From NCBI GenBank assembly GCA_964389655.1, contig CAYMED010000014.1:1-64000 (forward strand): a stretch of DNA of 64,000 bases. Reading direction: 5' to 3'. A program made the translations under genes and the position numbers. Below the pieces are notes generated by a model. That model made no database searches. It saw only the letters and a list, made by a program, of their open reading frames with translations, and had not been told where the DNA came from. Below, piece after piece: positions 31,299-41,805 of the stretch (position 1 is its first letter; each line of letters opens with the position of its first letter). Source of the DNA: an uncultured Candidatus Poseidoniales archaeon (GTDB taxonomy: Archaea > Thermoplasmatota > Poseidoniia > Poseidoniales > CAYMED01).

Positions 31299-31784
31299 GT
31301 GGAAATGTTACCAGATACCCTAGATGAATTCAGCGCAGATGAACGAACTGATTTTATCATGATCCTTACGTTGATGGCCAGTTGTGATGGGCGCCTCGTG
31401 CGCGAAGAAATGGCTGCGATAGAGGACCGAATGGGGAGGTTACTTCTTCACCCAGAGGAAAGAGCGAAATTACGTCGTTTGTTATCCGAACCACCCGACC
31501 TTGAAGAGGTCATGGATAGAGCCAGTGAGAGAGTTCTTCGTCTTGCACTTCGAGATGGAATGTTACTTTGTGCAAGTGATGGACAATATCACTCCGATGA
31601 AATTGAATTTATCGAAGAACTTGCAGAACGTGGGGGAATTGATGAAGAGGGTCTCGCAGACCTATATGATTGGATTACGGAAGGGTGGCATTGGATGGCT
31701 AGGGGAAGATGTATCCTCGATGTACCAATTTCAGGAGACGTTGAATTGCTTGCTGAAATCGAGGAATCCGCCAACAAAAAATAA
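31299..31784 (+). CDS. TerB-family protein (tandem paralogue)
   Basis: CDGRLVREE and SDGQYHSDE; collinear with the upstream ORF. Confidence 0.85.
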   Translation: MEMLPDTLDEFSADERTDFIMILTLMASCDGRLVREEMAAIEDRMGRLLLHPEERAKLRRLLSEPPDLEEVMDRASERVLRLALRDGMLLCASDGQYHSDEIEFIEELAERGGIDEEGLADLYDWITEGWHWMARGRCILDVPISGDVELLAEIEESANKK

Positions 31785-31893
31785 TATTGCAAGGACTTTG
31801 GAGACATATAATTCGCCGGCACCATCATAGGTCAACGACCATCCATTGAACGAGTAGTCGAAAATCAAGTGAAGGCGGGAGAGGGGATATTAG

Positions 31894-32478
31894 ATGGGCG
31901 TACATCCAAAAATAGGTATTACTGGTTTGCCAAGAAGTGGCAAATCCGCTGTCCTCCAAAAAGTGATTGAAATGCTTGTTGAGGAAAGAAAAAGTGAAAT
32001 TAGAATGAGGGGTGAAAACCCAGATGAGGTGCCAATAATAGGTGGATTGTTAACAAAAGAAATTATGGAAAATAATGAGCGAATTGGGTATAAGATCCTC
32101 AATTATCGAACAAAAGAAGAAGCAATTATCGCCCATAGGGATATTGATTCAAGAGCAAGAGTTCTTGGCCATGGAATCGACCCAAAGGCACTTGATGAAA
32201 TATCTGTGCCTGCAATTGAATATGCAAGTGAGAATTGCGAGGTTATTGTGATTGATGAAATTGGTAAACATCAAGTTGAAGGGGAGGGTTTTATTGCTGC
32301 AGTGCGGGCATCATTAGAAGTTGATAAACCGGCATTGCTAACTCTTCACAAAAAAAGTAGGCACCCTTTACTTCAGGACATACGAAGAAGAGATGATGCT
32401 AGAATCCTAGAAGTTACTCCCGTGAATCGCGCCCTTCTCCCTTACAAAATCCTCAAACTTATCAGGGAAACATACTAG
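31894..32478 (+). CDS. THEP1/NTPase_1 family nucleoside triphosphatase
   Basis: ITGLPRSGKS, GG-x2-T-x-E, VIVIDEIGK, NR-x2-L. Confidence 0.92.
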   Translation: MGVHPKIGITGLPRSGKSAVLQKVIEMLVEERKSEIRMRGENPDEVPIIGGLLTKEIMENNERIGYKILNYRTKEEAIIAHRDIDSRARVLGHGIDPKALDEISVPAIEYASENCEVIVIDEIGKHQVEGEGFIAAVRASLEVDKPALLTLHKKSRHPLLQDIRRRDDARILEVTPVNRALLPYKILKLIRETY

Positions 32479-32494
32479 GTGCTCAAAAATCACT

Positions 32495-32869
32495 ATGCTA
32501 GGGTCGATAATGAACACACCCGAACAGTCTGCCCGGCGCATTTTACTTGGAGCTGGGCTTGGACTAAGTTTAGCAAGTGGGATTGCATTATTAGATGGAC
32601 GCATCCAAAAAGGTGGAATAATTAATTGGATTATTCCAAGTGCTGCTATAATCACGATTTTATTATGGGCGTGGACCGAAATAAGTATCTCTAAAGGGAA
32701 AAAAACTCCATTCAGGAAGTGGTTTGGCACGTTGAATGATAATAACGCGAAGGACACCATGATTGATGAAATATCAGATGTTGATGTTGGAGCTGCGTGG
32801 GCCCGCCTTGAAGAAGCAATGCGTGTTGAAGATATGGCATCTATCGAAAAACACTCTGAATCCGAGTGA
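32495..32869 (+). CDS. Hypothetical two-TM membrane protein
   Basis: Two hydrophobic segments and an acidic tail (VGAAWARLE). Confidence 0.65.
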   Translation: MLGSIMNTPEQSARRILLGAGLGLSLASGIALLDGRIQKGGIINWIIPSAAIITILLWAWTEISISKGKKTPFRKWFGTLNDNNAKDTMIDEISDVDVGAAWARLEEAMRVEDMASIEKHSESE

Positions 32870-32906
32870 GGAGAGAATTCAACAGGGAGGTGCATTTGCG
32901 AGAAGC

Positions 32907-33290
32907 ATGAGCCTAATCCCAAATGATCTGAAGTATACCGCTGACCATGAATGGATACGGATTGATGGAGACGAAGCAGTCGTCGGAATCACAGATCACG
33001 CTCAAGATGCACTAACAGACATTGTTTACGTTGAATTTCCAGAAATCAATACTAACCATCTAGCGGGAGATGAATTTGCAACAGTAGATTCTGTAAAATC
33101 ATCATCACCAATTTACTCTCCATTATCAGGCACCGTAACTGCAGTTAATGAATTATTGATTGATGCGCCTGAAATCGTCAACCAAGATCCTTATGGAGAG
33201 GGTTGGATGATTCGTATAAAAATAAAAGATCATTCTCAAATTAATGCGTTAATGGCAGCAGATAGTTATCAAAATATGATTGAGACATAG
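32907..33290 (+). CDS. gcvH: Glycine cleavage system H protein
   Basis: Y-x3-HEW, VGITDHAQ, lipoyl-Lys in DSVKS, N-x-DPYGEGW. Confidence 0.96.
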   Translation: MSLIPNDLKYTADHEWIRIDGDEAVVGITDHAQDALTDIVYVEFPEINTNHLAGDEFATVDSVKSSSPIYSPLSGTVTAVNELLIDAPEIVNQDPYGEGWMIRIKIKDHSQINALMAADSYQNMIET

Positions 33291-33309
33291 AAGCAGGGGT
33301 GATGTCAAT

Positions 33310-33828
33310 TTGTCCCCTGCACGTTATATCTACACCGATGGATCATGTTTGGATCAAACGGAGGTTGGCCCAAACGCGATTGCAGGGTGGGGGTGGGTTT
33401 TGGTAGCAGGGGATGATGGGTTGGGAAGAGGTTCTGGTTACATTGAAATTGAGAAATTCGGAATGGTTGAAACAAAAAAGACACATCCCGAATGGGTCGG
33501 AGCAGAGGTTGGGTCAAACAACACTGCCGAATTAAGTGCATTAGTCCATGCAATTGATTATGTCATATCGTCACCATCTGCTGAAGATGTTGTAGTCCGA
33601 AGTGATTCAAAATACGCGATTGAGGTTAGTGAAGGGAGATGGAAGGCAAAGGCGAATGTTAAGTTGGTGGATTCAGTTCGCGCTAGACTAATTGAAGCGC
33701 GTCGTATTGTAGATCTCAAACTAGAGCATATCCATGCCCATCGCGGGCATCGTTGGAATGAGCGAGCAGACCACCTTGCCCGTGCCGCTGCCCACGGAAC
33801 ACCCCCAAAAGATATCTCTTTTTGGTGA
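33310..33828 (+). CDS. rnhA: Ribonuclease HI
   Basis: YTDGSC, NNTAEL, SDSKY, HAH-x-G-x3-NERAD-x-LA; GGGGTGA before the TTG. Confidence 0.92.
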   Translation: MSPARYIYTDGSCLDQTEVGPNAIAGWGWVLVAGDDGLGRGSGYIEIEKFGMVETKKTHPEWVGAEVGSNNTAELSALVHAIDYVISSPSAEDVVVRSDSKYAIEVSEGRWKAKANVKLVDSVRARLIEARRIVDLKLEHIHAHRGHRWNERADHLARAAAHGTPPKDISFW

Positions 33829-33829
33829 A

Positions 33830-34276
33830 TTAATCAGATAATGGACCCAATGATAAGAACACATAAGCCGCTTGAACATACATTAAAAGTGAGATTAAGA
33901 AGAGCACTAAGCCAGAGGATCCGGGTAATATATTGCTTCCACCATAGATTATTGAAAATATGCAAATTAGTGTTGCGCATGATAGCGTATATTTGATTGA
34001 ATGAAGGGGATTTCTGATTTCATTAACACGGGGAACTAAGCCGTTACGCCTAAATTTATATCTAAACCAAGCGAGATATAAACATCCAAGACCAAATATT
34101 CCCAATAACCCGTCAGTAAATGCCCCATCATTCCAAGGGCCAGGGTACCCTGGGTGCGCATAAAATAAAGCAATCAGCAACACACCAAGAGCACCGATTC
34201 GCCCGCTGTTCAAGTCCGTCCCCATTAAGCCTAAGAAGAAGCGGGGTGATTTCAAAGGAGAACCCTTGCCGGCCAT
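33830..34276 (-). CDS. Hypothetical four-TM membrane protein
   Basis: 148 aa with four hydrophobic segments; start uncertain. Confidence 0.65.
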   Translation of the reverse strand: MAGKGSPLKSPRFFLGLMGTDLNSGRIGALGVLLIALFYAHPGYPGPWNDGAFTDGLLGIFGLGCLYLAWFRYKFRRNGLVPRVNEIRNPLHSIKYTLSCATLICIFSIIYGGSNILPGSSGLVLFLISLLMYVQAAYVFLSLGPLSD

Positions 34277-35575
34277 GTGAATGGTCCAAAGGAGGCAATC
34301 CTGCTAGCAGGGGGAATTGGCAGCCGCATGCTTCCAGCAAGCATGGTTACTCCAAAAGAGGCCCTTCCTTTGGTAGATATGCCTCAAATATTCTTACTTG
34401 CTGCTGAAGCAAAGTTGGCAGGAGTGAAAACATTTCATGTTGTGTTTTCACCTGAAAAAATGTATCTTGCCAACTTGCTAAAATTCGATGAAGGGAAAGT
34501 TAACCATATTAATCATTTAAGGAAAGATATTGACCAAAGGTGGACTCGGATCTTTGATAAGAATTTCAGACTCATCATTCATACCCAACAAGAAGCAAAA
34601 GGCGTAGGTGATGCATTAATGCAGGCACTGCCATCAATAGAAGGAGAAGTTCTGGTGATGTTTGGAGACAATATCATCCTAGATCAGCACACATCGCCCT
34701 CTGATTGGACACCATCCACTGCGTCGTTGAGGTTAGTAGAAGAATACCGAAAAACAAAGAGACCAATTGTAGGGTTAATTAAGGTGCCAATAAATGAGAT
34801 TGACAAATATGGCATCGTAGAGTTGGATGGGAAAAGAATAGCAAAAATTGTGGAAAAGCCAAAACAAAACAATGCACCATCAAACCTCGCAATATGCGGT
34901 CGATATATTATGGGAAAAGATACTAGACATTTTTTAGAGACGAAAACTGAAAATTGGGACATGCAGTCCATTGACCTCCTTAAGTCATGGATCGCCCAAG
35001 AAGGGGGCCTCATTGGAATTGAACTCATCAATATGCAATGGTATGATTCAGGAGACCCCGTCCTCTGGTTGAAAGCGCAAGTGGATCATGTTCTTAGAAG
35101 GGTAGACCTTCAAGAGGAATTCCTTAAATGGATCAATCACCGAATTAGTGGGGGACCAAAGGGAACGATCCAAGTAGTCGCTCCTGTAGATCTAGTCCCC
35201 CTTATAGAATTACGACCCCATGAAGATATACGTGCAAGCCATTTAGAAAAAATGATTTCTACATTTACAAAAACAAATCTAATTCATCGCCCCATCTTAA
35301 TAGATAAAGGAACTGGTGCCATACTTGATGGGCATCACCGTTTCCATGCAGCGCAAGAAATGGGACTGAATTATATTCCTTCTATCATGGTTCATTATTT
35401 AGAAGACCCCCGAGTTTCTGTCGAAGCATGGCCTAATTCAGGATATTCTAGCATTTCTAAGCAAGAAGTAATAGAAATGGCCCTTTCAGCCAATTTATAC
35501 CCCCCAAAATCAACCCGTCACCATATCGACATGCCAATCCCTGGAATCGCGATCTCACTTGAAGAACTTGTATAA
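34277..35575 (+). CDS. GalU-like nucleotidyltransferase fused to a C-terminal ParB/Srx (SerK/SbnI-like) domain
   Basis: N-terminal: AGGIGSRMLPA...PKEALPLVD, KYGIV, VEKP, APSNLA-x2-GRY, WYDSG. C-terminal: LRPHE, PILID, ILDGHHR, YPPKSTRH. Confidence 0.88.
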   Translation: MNGPKEAILLAGGIGSRMLPASMVTPKEALPLVDMPQIFLLAAEAKLAGVKTFHVVFSPEKMYLANLLKFDEGKVNHINHLRKDIDQRWTRIFDKNFRLIIHTQQEAKGVGDALMQALPSIEGEVLVMFGDNIILDQHTSPSDWTPSTASLRLVEEYRKTKRPIVGLIKVPINEIDKYGIVELDGKRIAKIVEKPKQNNAPSNLAICGRYIMGKDTRHFLETKTENWDMQSIDLLKSWIAQEGGLIGIELINMQWYDSGDPVLWLKAQVDHVLRRVDLQEEFLKWINHRISGGPKGTIQVVAPVDLVPLIELRPHEDIRASHLEKMISTFTKTNLIHRPILIDKGTGAILDGHHRFHAAQEMGLNYIPSIMVHYLEDPRVSVEAWPNSGYSSISKQEVIEMALSANLYPPKSTRHHIDMPIPGIAISLEELV

Positions 35576-35593
35576 TATATTTGAGGGATATAT

Positions 35594-38500
35594 TTGAAAG
35601 AGGGCGTAGAAAAGAAATTACGCGATCTTTTAAAAGAAAAAATTGTTATCCTAGATGGGGCAATGGGCACAATGATTCAGACATTTAACCTGAATGAAGA
35701 GGACTTTCGGGGAGAACTGTTTGAAGGACACAATATTGACCTCAAAGGAAATAATGAAACTTTAAATCTCACAAATCCAGAGATTATTCTAGATATTCAC
35801 AGGGCATATCTTTCAGCCGGTTGTGACATTATTGAAACAAATACATTTGGCGCTACTTCAATTACTCAAGAAGAATATGGCCTAGACAATCATGCACGTG
35901 AAATGAATTTAAAGGCCGCAAAAATTGCAAGAAAGGCAGTTGATGAAGAAAATAATGAACATGGGGAGGTAAAGAAATTCGTCGCCGGGGCAGTTGGACC
36001 AACGAACCGGACACTTTCTTCATCTGAAAGTGTTGATGACCCATCTGCCAGAACAATTACTTTTGACCAAATCTATGATGCATATTTTGATCAAATCACC
36101 GCACTGATTGAAGGAGGAGTTGACATAATCCTCATTGAAACAATTTTCGATGTATTAAATGCAAAGGCCGCTATTTCAGCGGCGCTTGACGCGTTTGAAA
36201 CAATGGATATTCACTTACCAATAATTATCTCTGTGACGTTCATACAAGAAGGAAGTAATCGAACTGTTTTTGGGCAGACTGTTGATGCTTTTTGGGCAAC
36301 AGTTGCACATGCAAAGCCCCTTTCTGTTGGAATAAATTGCGGCTTAGGGGCACGTGCTATTGTTGGAAATATGAAGGAATTAGCACGGATTTCGAATACA
36401 TACACGCATTGTTATCCAAACGCTGGCCTCCCAAATCCCCTAAGTGATACTGGTTTTGATGAAACCCCCGAGGTTACGGCTTTTGAGATCAAAGAAATGG
36501 CCACACGGGGTTTGCTCAACATAGTTGGAGGGTGTTGTGGTACAACACCCAGCCATATACTGGAAATTGTAAGCGCAACAAAGGGGATCCCACCGCGGTT
36601 GATCAAACAAGAGGGGGAGGTGTCAAAACTTGGAATCCCGAATCTAGAAATAATGGATGGTCATATACACAGCAAAGATTGCCACAATAAATGGCCCCAC
36701 GACCATACCACTTTTGCCGGGTTGGAAACATACGAAATGCCCCCATCATCAACATTTACTGTCATAGGTGAAAGGACAAATGTTACTGGTTCTGCGGCCT
36801 TTCGCCGCCTTATTGAAAGAAATGATTTTGAGAGTGCATTGGCTATTGCGCGGCAACAAGTCTCATCGGGGGCAAACATCATTGATATCAATATGGATGA
36901 AGGGATGTTAGACTCGAAATCTTGCATGGTTAAATTTCTTAACCTTATATCAACTGAACCAGAAATATCTAAGATACCAATTATGATTGATAGTTCCGAT
37001 TGGGAAGTGATCAAGGCAGGAATAAAATGCGTACAAGGCAAGCCAATCATAAATTCAATCAGCCTTAAAGAAGGAAGTGAAGATTTTCTAGAGAAAGCAA
37101 AATTCATCAAACAGTATGGTGCTGCGGTCGTTGTAATGGCATTTGATGAAGATGGGCAAGCAGAATCTATCGAGAGAAAAGTCGAAATTTGTAAGCGATC
37201 ATACAAATTGTTGGTGCATGATGTTGGAATGAATCCCTTAGACATTATTTTTGACCCGAACATCTTAGCTATTGGAACGGGCATAAAGGAACATGACAAT
37301 TTTGCTGTCAATTTCATAGAATCAATAAAGAGGATAAAGGAGCAATGCCCTGGTGTGAAAATATCAGGGGGCGTTAGCAATTTATCATTCTCATTCAGGG
37401 GGAATGATGTACTAAGAGAAGCAATGCACTCTGCATTCTTATATCATGCAATTCAATCTGGAATGGACATGGGTATAGTAAATGCCAGTCAATTATCTAT
37501 CTATGAGCAAATCCCGGAAGACCTCCTTAAAGTCGTTGAAGATGTTCTCTTCAATAGAAGTGATGGGGCAACAGAGGCAATGGTTGATTTTTCTCGCACG
37601 TTATCATCAAAACATGTAGTGGATGAAAAAAAATTGGAATGGAGAAATAACGATTTGAATGAACGATTGAGATATGCATTAATTCACGGCATCAATGATT
37701 TTATTGAAGAAGATATTGATGAGGCAAGAAAGCAATATGCTACACCATTAGAAGTTATAGAAGGTCCACTGATGAAAGGAATGTCTGTTGTGGGAGATTT
37801 ATTTGGAGAGGGGCAGATGTTTCTCCCTCAAGTCGTAAAGTCTGCGAGGACGATGAAAAGGGCCGTCAGTTATCTTGAACCATATATGCTTGGAGATGAA
37901 GGTGAAAGCATTTCGAGAGGCGTGATCATTCTTGCCACTGTGAAAGGAGATGTACATGATATCGGGAAAAATATTGTGGGTGTGGTGCTTAGTTGTAATA
38001 ACTACACAATAATTGACCTTGGGGTGATGGTTTCGTGTGATGAGATATTGTCTGCTGCAATAAAGCATAATGCCGATTTAATTGGGCTATCTGGATTGAT
38101 TACACCATCACTAAAAGAAATGGGAAATGTCGCAAAGGAGATGAATTTGAGAGGGATGAACATACCATTGCTCATTGGAGGGGCAACTACAAGCCGCCAG
38201 CATACTGCTGTGAAAATCGCTCCCGAATATAAATCACCGGTGGTTTATGTAAGAGATGCGTCAAGAGTATCTGCAATAGCAAGCCAACTCATAGACTTAG
38301 AGAAAAAGGAACTCTTTGTTAAAGAAAACGGCATTAGTCAAAAAGAAATAAGGGAAAAGTACAGTGAGATCAATAGGAGAAAAACACGACCGATGAAGGA
38401 AATACGTGAAAACAAAATGGATATCAAATGGAATAGAAATGACATACCAACGGTCCCATTTATTGGATTGAAATTACTGAAAGATATATCATTAGAAGTT

Positions 38501-39361
38501 CTTCGACCATTCATCGATTGGACTTTTTTCTTTACATCCTGGGACATACCAAAACGGTATCCAGCAGTGCTTGATGATAAAAAATATGGGTCTGCTGCCA
38601 ATGAATTATTCGATGATGCAAATGTAATCATCGATCAAATGATTGAAGAAAAGTGGACGGTCGCAAGTGCTGCATATGGATTTTGGCCTGCTTCTAGTTC
38701 TGAAGACGACATTATCATTTTCGATGAAAAAAGGAAAAGTGAGCTATTGCGCTTCAATATGCTTAGGCAACAACAAGATAGGGGGGGCTCTATTTACCAT
38801 TGTTTAGCTGATTTCATAGCTCCTGAAAATGAAGACTTTAATGATCACTTAGGGTTATTTGCAGTCACTTCAGGTACGGGTATGGAAGAGCGAGCATTGG
38901 CTTATGAACAGGAAAAAGATGATTACAATGGGATTATGGTGCGATTGATTGCTGACCGGTTTGCTGAAGCATGTGCTGAATGGTTACATGCCGAAGTTAG
39001 AAGCGAATGGGGATTTGCTGATGATAAGTCAAGCAATATTGATGATTTGTTGAAAGAAAATTATCGAAGTATCAGGCCGGCATTTGGATATCCTGCTTGT
39101 CCAGATCATTCAGAATTAGTCAAGGTATTTCATCTATTAAACGCAAATAAAATTGGGATGGAGTTAACCGAAACATGCGCAATTATGCCCGCCGCTAGTG
39201 TTAGTGGGTTATATTTTTCACACCCAAAAGCACAGTATTTTTCGATCGGAAAAATTGATCAGATGCAAGTAGAAGATTATGCAAAAAGGAAGGGAGAAAC
39301 GTTGGAATTCATTGAAGAGGCACTGTATATGAATCTTGGATATTTTCCAAAAGATGATTAA
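35594..39361 (+). CDS. metH: Cobalamin-dependent methionine synthase, full-length four-module form
   Basis: LDGAMGT, Zn ligands INC and GGCCGT, IGERTN, B12 motif DVHDIG, reactivation domain [12 protein letters not shown]; 1255 aa. Confidence 0.97.
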   Translation: MKEGVEKKLRDLLKEKIVILDGAMGTMIQTFNLNEEDFRGELFEGHNIDLKGNNETLNLTNPEIILDIHRAYLSAGCDIIETNTFGATSITQEEYGLDNHAREMNLKAAKIARKAVDEENNEHGEVKKFVAGAVGPTNRTLSSSESVDDPSARTITFDQIYDAYFDQITALIEGGVDIILIETIFDVLNAKAAISAALDAFETMDIHLPIIISVTFIQEGSNRTVFGQTVDAFWATVAHAKPLSVGINCGLGARAIVGNMKELARISNTYTHCYPNAGLPNPLSDTGFDETPEVTAFEIKEMATRGLLNIVGGCCGTTPSHILEIVSATKGIPPRLIKQEGEVSKLGIPNLEIMDGHIHSKDCHNKWPHDHTTFAGLETYEMPPSSTFTVIGERTNVTGSAAFRRLIERNDFESALAIARQQVSSGANIIDINMDEGMLDSKSCMVKFLNLISTEPEISKIPIMIDSSDWEVIKAGIKCVQGKPIINSISLKEGSEDFLEKAKFIKQYGAAVVVMAFDEDGQAESIERKVEICKRSYKLLVHDVGMNPLDIIFDPNILAIGTGIKEHDNFAVNFIESIKRIKEQCPGVKISGGVSNLSFSFRGNDVLREAMHSAFLYHAIQSGMDMGIVNASQLSIYEQIPEDLLKVVEDVLFNRSDGATEAMVDFSRTLSSKHVVDEKKLEWRNNDLNERLRYALIHGINDFIEEDIDEARKQYATPLEVIEGPLMKGMSVVGDLFGEGQMFLPQVVKSARTMKRAVSYLEPYMLGDEGESISRGVIILATVKGDVHDIGKNIVGVVLSCNNYTIIDLGVMVSCDEILSAAIKHNADLIGLSGLITPSLKEMGNVAKEMNLRGMNIPLLIGGATTSRQHTAVKIAPEYKSPVVYVRDASRVSAIASQLIDLEKKELFVKENGISQKEIREKYSEINRRKTRPMKEIRENKMDIKWNRNDIPTVPFIGLKLLKDISLEVLRPFIDWTFFFTSWDIPKRYPAVLDDKKYGSAANELFDDANVIIDQMIEEKWTVASAAYGFWPASSSEDDIIIFDEKRKSELLRFNMLRQQQDRGGSIYHCLADFIAPENEDFNDHLGLFAVTSGTGMEERALAYEQEKDDYNGIMVRLIADRFAEACAEWLHAEVRSEWGFADDKSSNIDDLLKENYRSIRPAFGYPACPDHSELVKVFHLLNANKIGMELTETCAIMPAASVSGLYFSHPKAQYFSIGKIDQMQVEDYAKRKGETLEFIEEALYMNLGYFPKDD

Positions 39362-39422
39362 TGCTTAAATCATACCTAAATGGGTAAATAAATAGTAAAT
39401 TCGTTGTCTAGATCGGGAAATT

Positions 39423-39430
39423 AAAAAAAA
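39423..39430 (-). terminator. Oligo-T terminator candidate
   Basis: T8 on the minus strand immediately after the TAG of 39431-40828. Confidence 0.55.
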
Positions 39431-40828
39431 CTATTCTTCTGAAAAATCAGAATCTAAGATACTTAGAGGGATTTCCCCTTGTGACCTCAAATGGTCTTCC
39501 CATGCCCGGGCGCGTGATTTGTTTCGAATGGAGAGGACTGAAAAAATAGATTCTAGGCCATGCTCATCTAATTCGAGAATTTTTTGAGCAATTTGAGAAA
39601 ACACCTCCGGTTGTATTTCTTGGAGGCGAAGCAGCAGTTCCCTCAGGCGAACGCGCACAACCTCATCGTTTTGCATCCAAGAACGCAGCAAAATACCTCT
39701 CTCATCGTTTGGAAAGTGCTCAAGATAATCTCGCATTGCTATGGCGGCATTCCTTTGAACTGGAATATGGGAGTGATCAACTAATGTCGATAATCGATCT
39801 GCAAACCCGTCCACATCAAAATATTTCAAATCTCGAATGGTGGCTGACGCTGCTGCAAGAACATCATGATCATCATCATATAATTGGAGGTCAAATATCG
39901 GAAGTACTTCATCTCCTAAACGGCGAAATAAACGCGTTTGTATATCTGCAAGACTCCTGCGAACATCTACTTCGGAGCGACTGCTTAGATAAAAAATAAC
40001 GCGGATTGCTATGTCTTTATCCAATTCAATAAGACGCGGTAAGGTAATTGTTATTTTCGATGCAACTTCTGAAGTCGAATGGCTCAAGCGATCGATCCGG
40101 TTAGGGACCCCAAGTGCTGAAGCGATAGTTGGGCGTTCTAGAAGAAGGCGAATCCATTCAATGAGTAACAATTGCTCCTCAATACCTCCGTTTTCTAACC
40201 GATTTAGCAGCCATTGTGCCGCAGTTGTCCCGGACATATTGACCTCTAATTCTGCTTTTGGGGGTGACGACTTGGGGTCCCATTCTAGCTGATGGGGGCC
40301 TTTACTTAGTTCACCATGCCAACGACCTGGGGGGAGAGCAACTGCAATACTCTCTAGAAGGTGATATCCTTGATGGATTGGAGCGCCTGTCGGGCGGTTA
40401 CATAGTCCAGTAACTAATGAAAGAGCAAGATACCATCGATCACTGTCTGGTGCTTCTGGGTCAAGAGCTTGCCACATCCATTCGGAACAAAGAGCAAACA
40501 TGATTCTTTCAGAAAAATCATCAAACCTTCTAAACACGTGATGAAAGTGATCTTCTATTCTATCATCTAAAACGCCAATGCGGTGAGGGATCATGTGTTC
40601 AACTGTTGAGCGGACATGTCTTTCAAGACCCGCCCGATCAATTTCAAAGAGAGCCCTCCCTTTTTCGATTAATGAAGAAGGGTTTTTGGGGGGACGCAAA
40701 GGGAAGTCAGGATCTTGAATTGGTGGGGGGGGTAAGGGCCAATCGGTTGTCCCTCGTTCCATCGCAATAGTAAGGGACGTCAATATTCGATCTTTGACGT
40801 CACTTGTAAGTTGGTGTATAGAATTCAT
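39431..40828 (-). CDS. Hypothetical protein with C-terminal HEAT/ARM-like repeats
   Basis: Repeated D/E-x2-VR-type helices (EVDVRRSLA, DHDVLAAA, HIPVQRNAA, DEVVRVRL). Confidence 0.7.
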   Translation of the reverse strand: MNSIHQLTSDVKDRILTSLTIAMERGTTDWPLPPPPIQDPDFPLRPPKNPSSLIEKGRALFEIDRAGLERHVRSTVEHMIPHRIGVLDDRIEDHFHHVFRRFDDFSERIMFALCSEWMWQALDPEAPDSDRWYLALSLVTGLCNRPTGAPIHQGYHLLESIAVALPPGRWHGELSKGPHQLEWDPKSSPPKAELEVNMSGTTAAQWLLNRLENGGIEEQLLLIEWIRLLLERPTIASALGVPNRIDRLSHSTSEVASKITITLPRLIELDKDIAIRVIFYLSSRSEVDVRRSLADIQTRLFRRLGDEVLPIFDLQLYDDDHDVLAAASATIRDLKYFDVDGFADRLSTLVDHSHIPVQRNAAIAMRDYLEHFPNDERGILLRSWMQNDEVVRVRLRELLLRLQEIQPEVFSQIAQKILELDEHGLESIFSVLSIRNKSRARAWEDHLRSQGEIPLSILDSDFSEE

Positions 40829-40868
40829 TCAAAACCGCCCACTAGCACGATGGGAAAATGATCTCCAT

Positions 40869-41801
40869 TCATATTTCAAGTTCAATATTGAGGTTTTGAA
40901 TAAGTTCCTTGTATCGGTTTCTAATCGTAACTTCAGTGACTCCCGCAACTTCTGCAACTTCTCGTTGTGTCCTTCGTTTTCCACAAAGGACACTTGCAAT
41001 GTAAATAATAGAGGCTGCAATCCCAGTAGGGCCACGGCCACTTGTCAATTCTTTTTCCTGGGCAAGTGCAATTAATTCTCGTGCTTTTGCACCAACTTCT
41101 GCATCTAGCCCCAAACCAGAACAGAATCGATCAATATAATCTTCAGGACCAGTGGGCATGATGCGCATTTTTAGTTCACGTACCATAAATCGGTATGTGC
41201 GACCTATTTCTTTGCGCCCAGTGCGGCTTGCTGCCCCAATTTCATCAAGAGTTCTGGGAACGTTACATTGGCGACAAGCAGCATATAGGCTTGCAGCGGC
41301 AACCCCCTCTATTGATCGGCCACGGATAAGTCGTTTCTCAACCGCCTTTTTGTAATTCATTGCTGCTGCTTCTCGAACCGATTTTGGCAATTCAAGCCGA
41401 CTTGCCATGCGATCAAGTTCCGCTAGAGCCATAGCCAAATTTCGTTCTGTTGCATTACTAACACGACTTCTTTTTTGCCATTTCCTCATCCGGTAAAATT
41501 GACTTCTATACTTGCTAGAAATGGTTTTTCCCGAGTAATCTTTGTTTTGCCAATCAATATCTGTAGAAAGGCCCTTATCATGTAACATAACTGTCATTGG
41601 AGCGCCCGTTCGTGCGCGCTGATCGCCCTGCTCTGGGCTGAAAACACGCCATTCAGCGCCATGGTCAATCACGTTATCTTCCAACACGAGACCGCAAGCT
41701 TGGCAAACCACTTCGCCCCTTGTTTCGTCTCGCTCAAGGTCACGGCTTCCGCATTCATTACACCGCACAATTTCTTCAATATCTGAGTCGTCTCCAATCA
41801 T
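40869..41801 (-). CDS. tfb: Transcription initiation factor IIB
   Basis: Zn ribbon CNEC...CQAC, B-reader EWRVF, two cyclin repeats, C-terminal TQREVA...[13 protein letters not shown]. Confidence 0.98.
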   Translation of the reverse strand: MIGDDSDIEEIVRCNECGSRDLERDETRGEVVCQACGLVLEDNVIDHGAEWRVFSPEQGDQRARTGAPMTVMLHDKGLSTDIDWQNKDYSGKTISSKYRSQFYRMRKWQKRSRVSNATERNLAMALAELDRMASRLELPKSVREAAAMNYKKAVEKRLIRGRSIEGVAAASLYAACRQCNVPRTLDEIGAASRTGRKEIGRTYRFMVRELKMRIMPTGPEDYIDRFCSGLGLDAEVGAKARELIALAQEKELTSGRGPTGIAASIIYIASVLCGKRRTQREVAEVAGVTEVTIRNRYKELIQNLNIELEI

Positions 41802-41805
41802 GATG

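Noticed and set aside
32763-32906. N-terminal extensions in the ORF track (gcvH, cyclophilin, dnaG, nadC, oxidoreductase, 60743-61408)
   Set aside because: They overlap neighbouring genes or promoters; downstream starts match family N-termini
35161-35575. ParB domain as a sign of a partitioning system or mobile element
   Set aside because: No HTH, no parA, no parS-like repeats and no integrase; the motifs fit the enzymatic SerK/Srx-like branch
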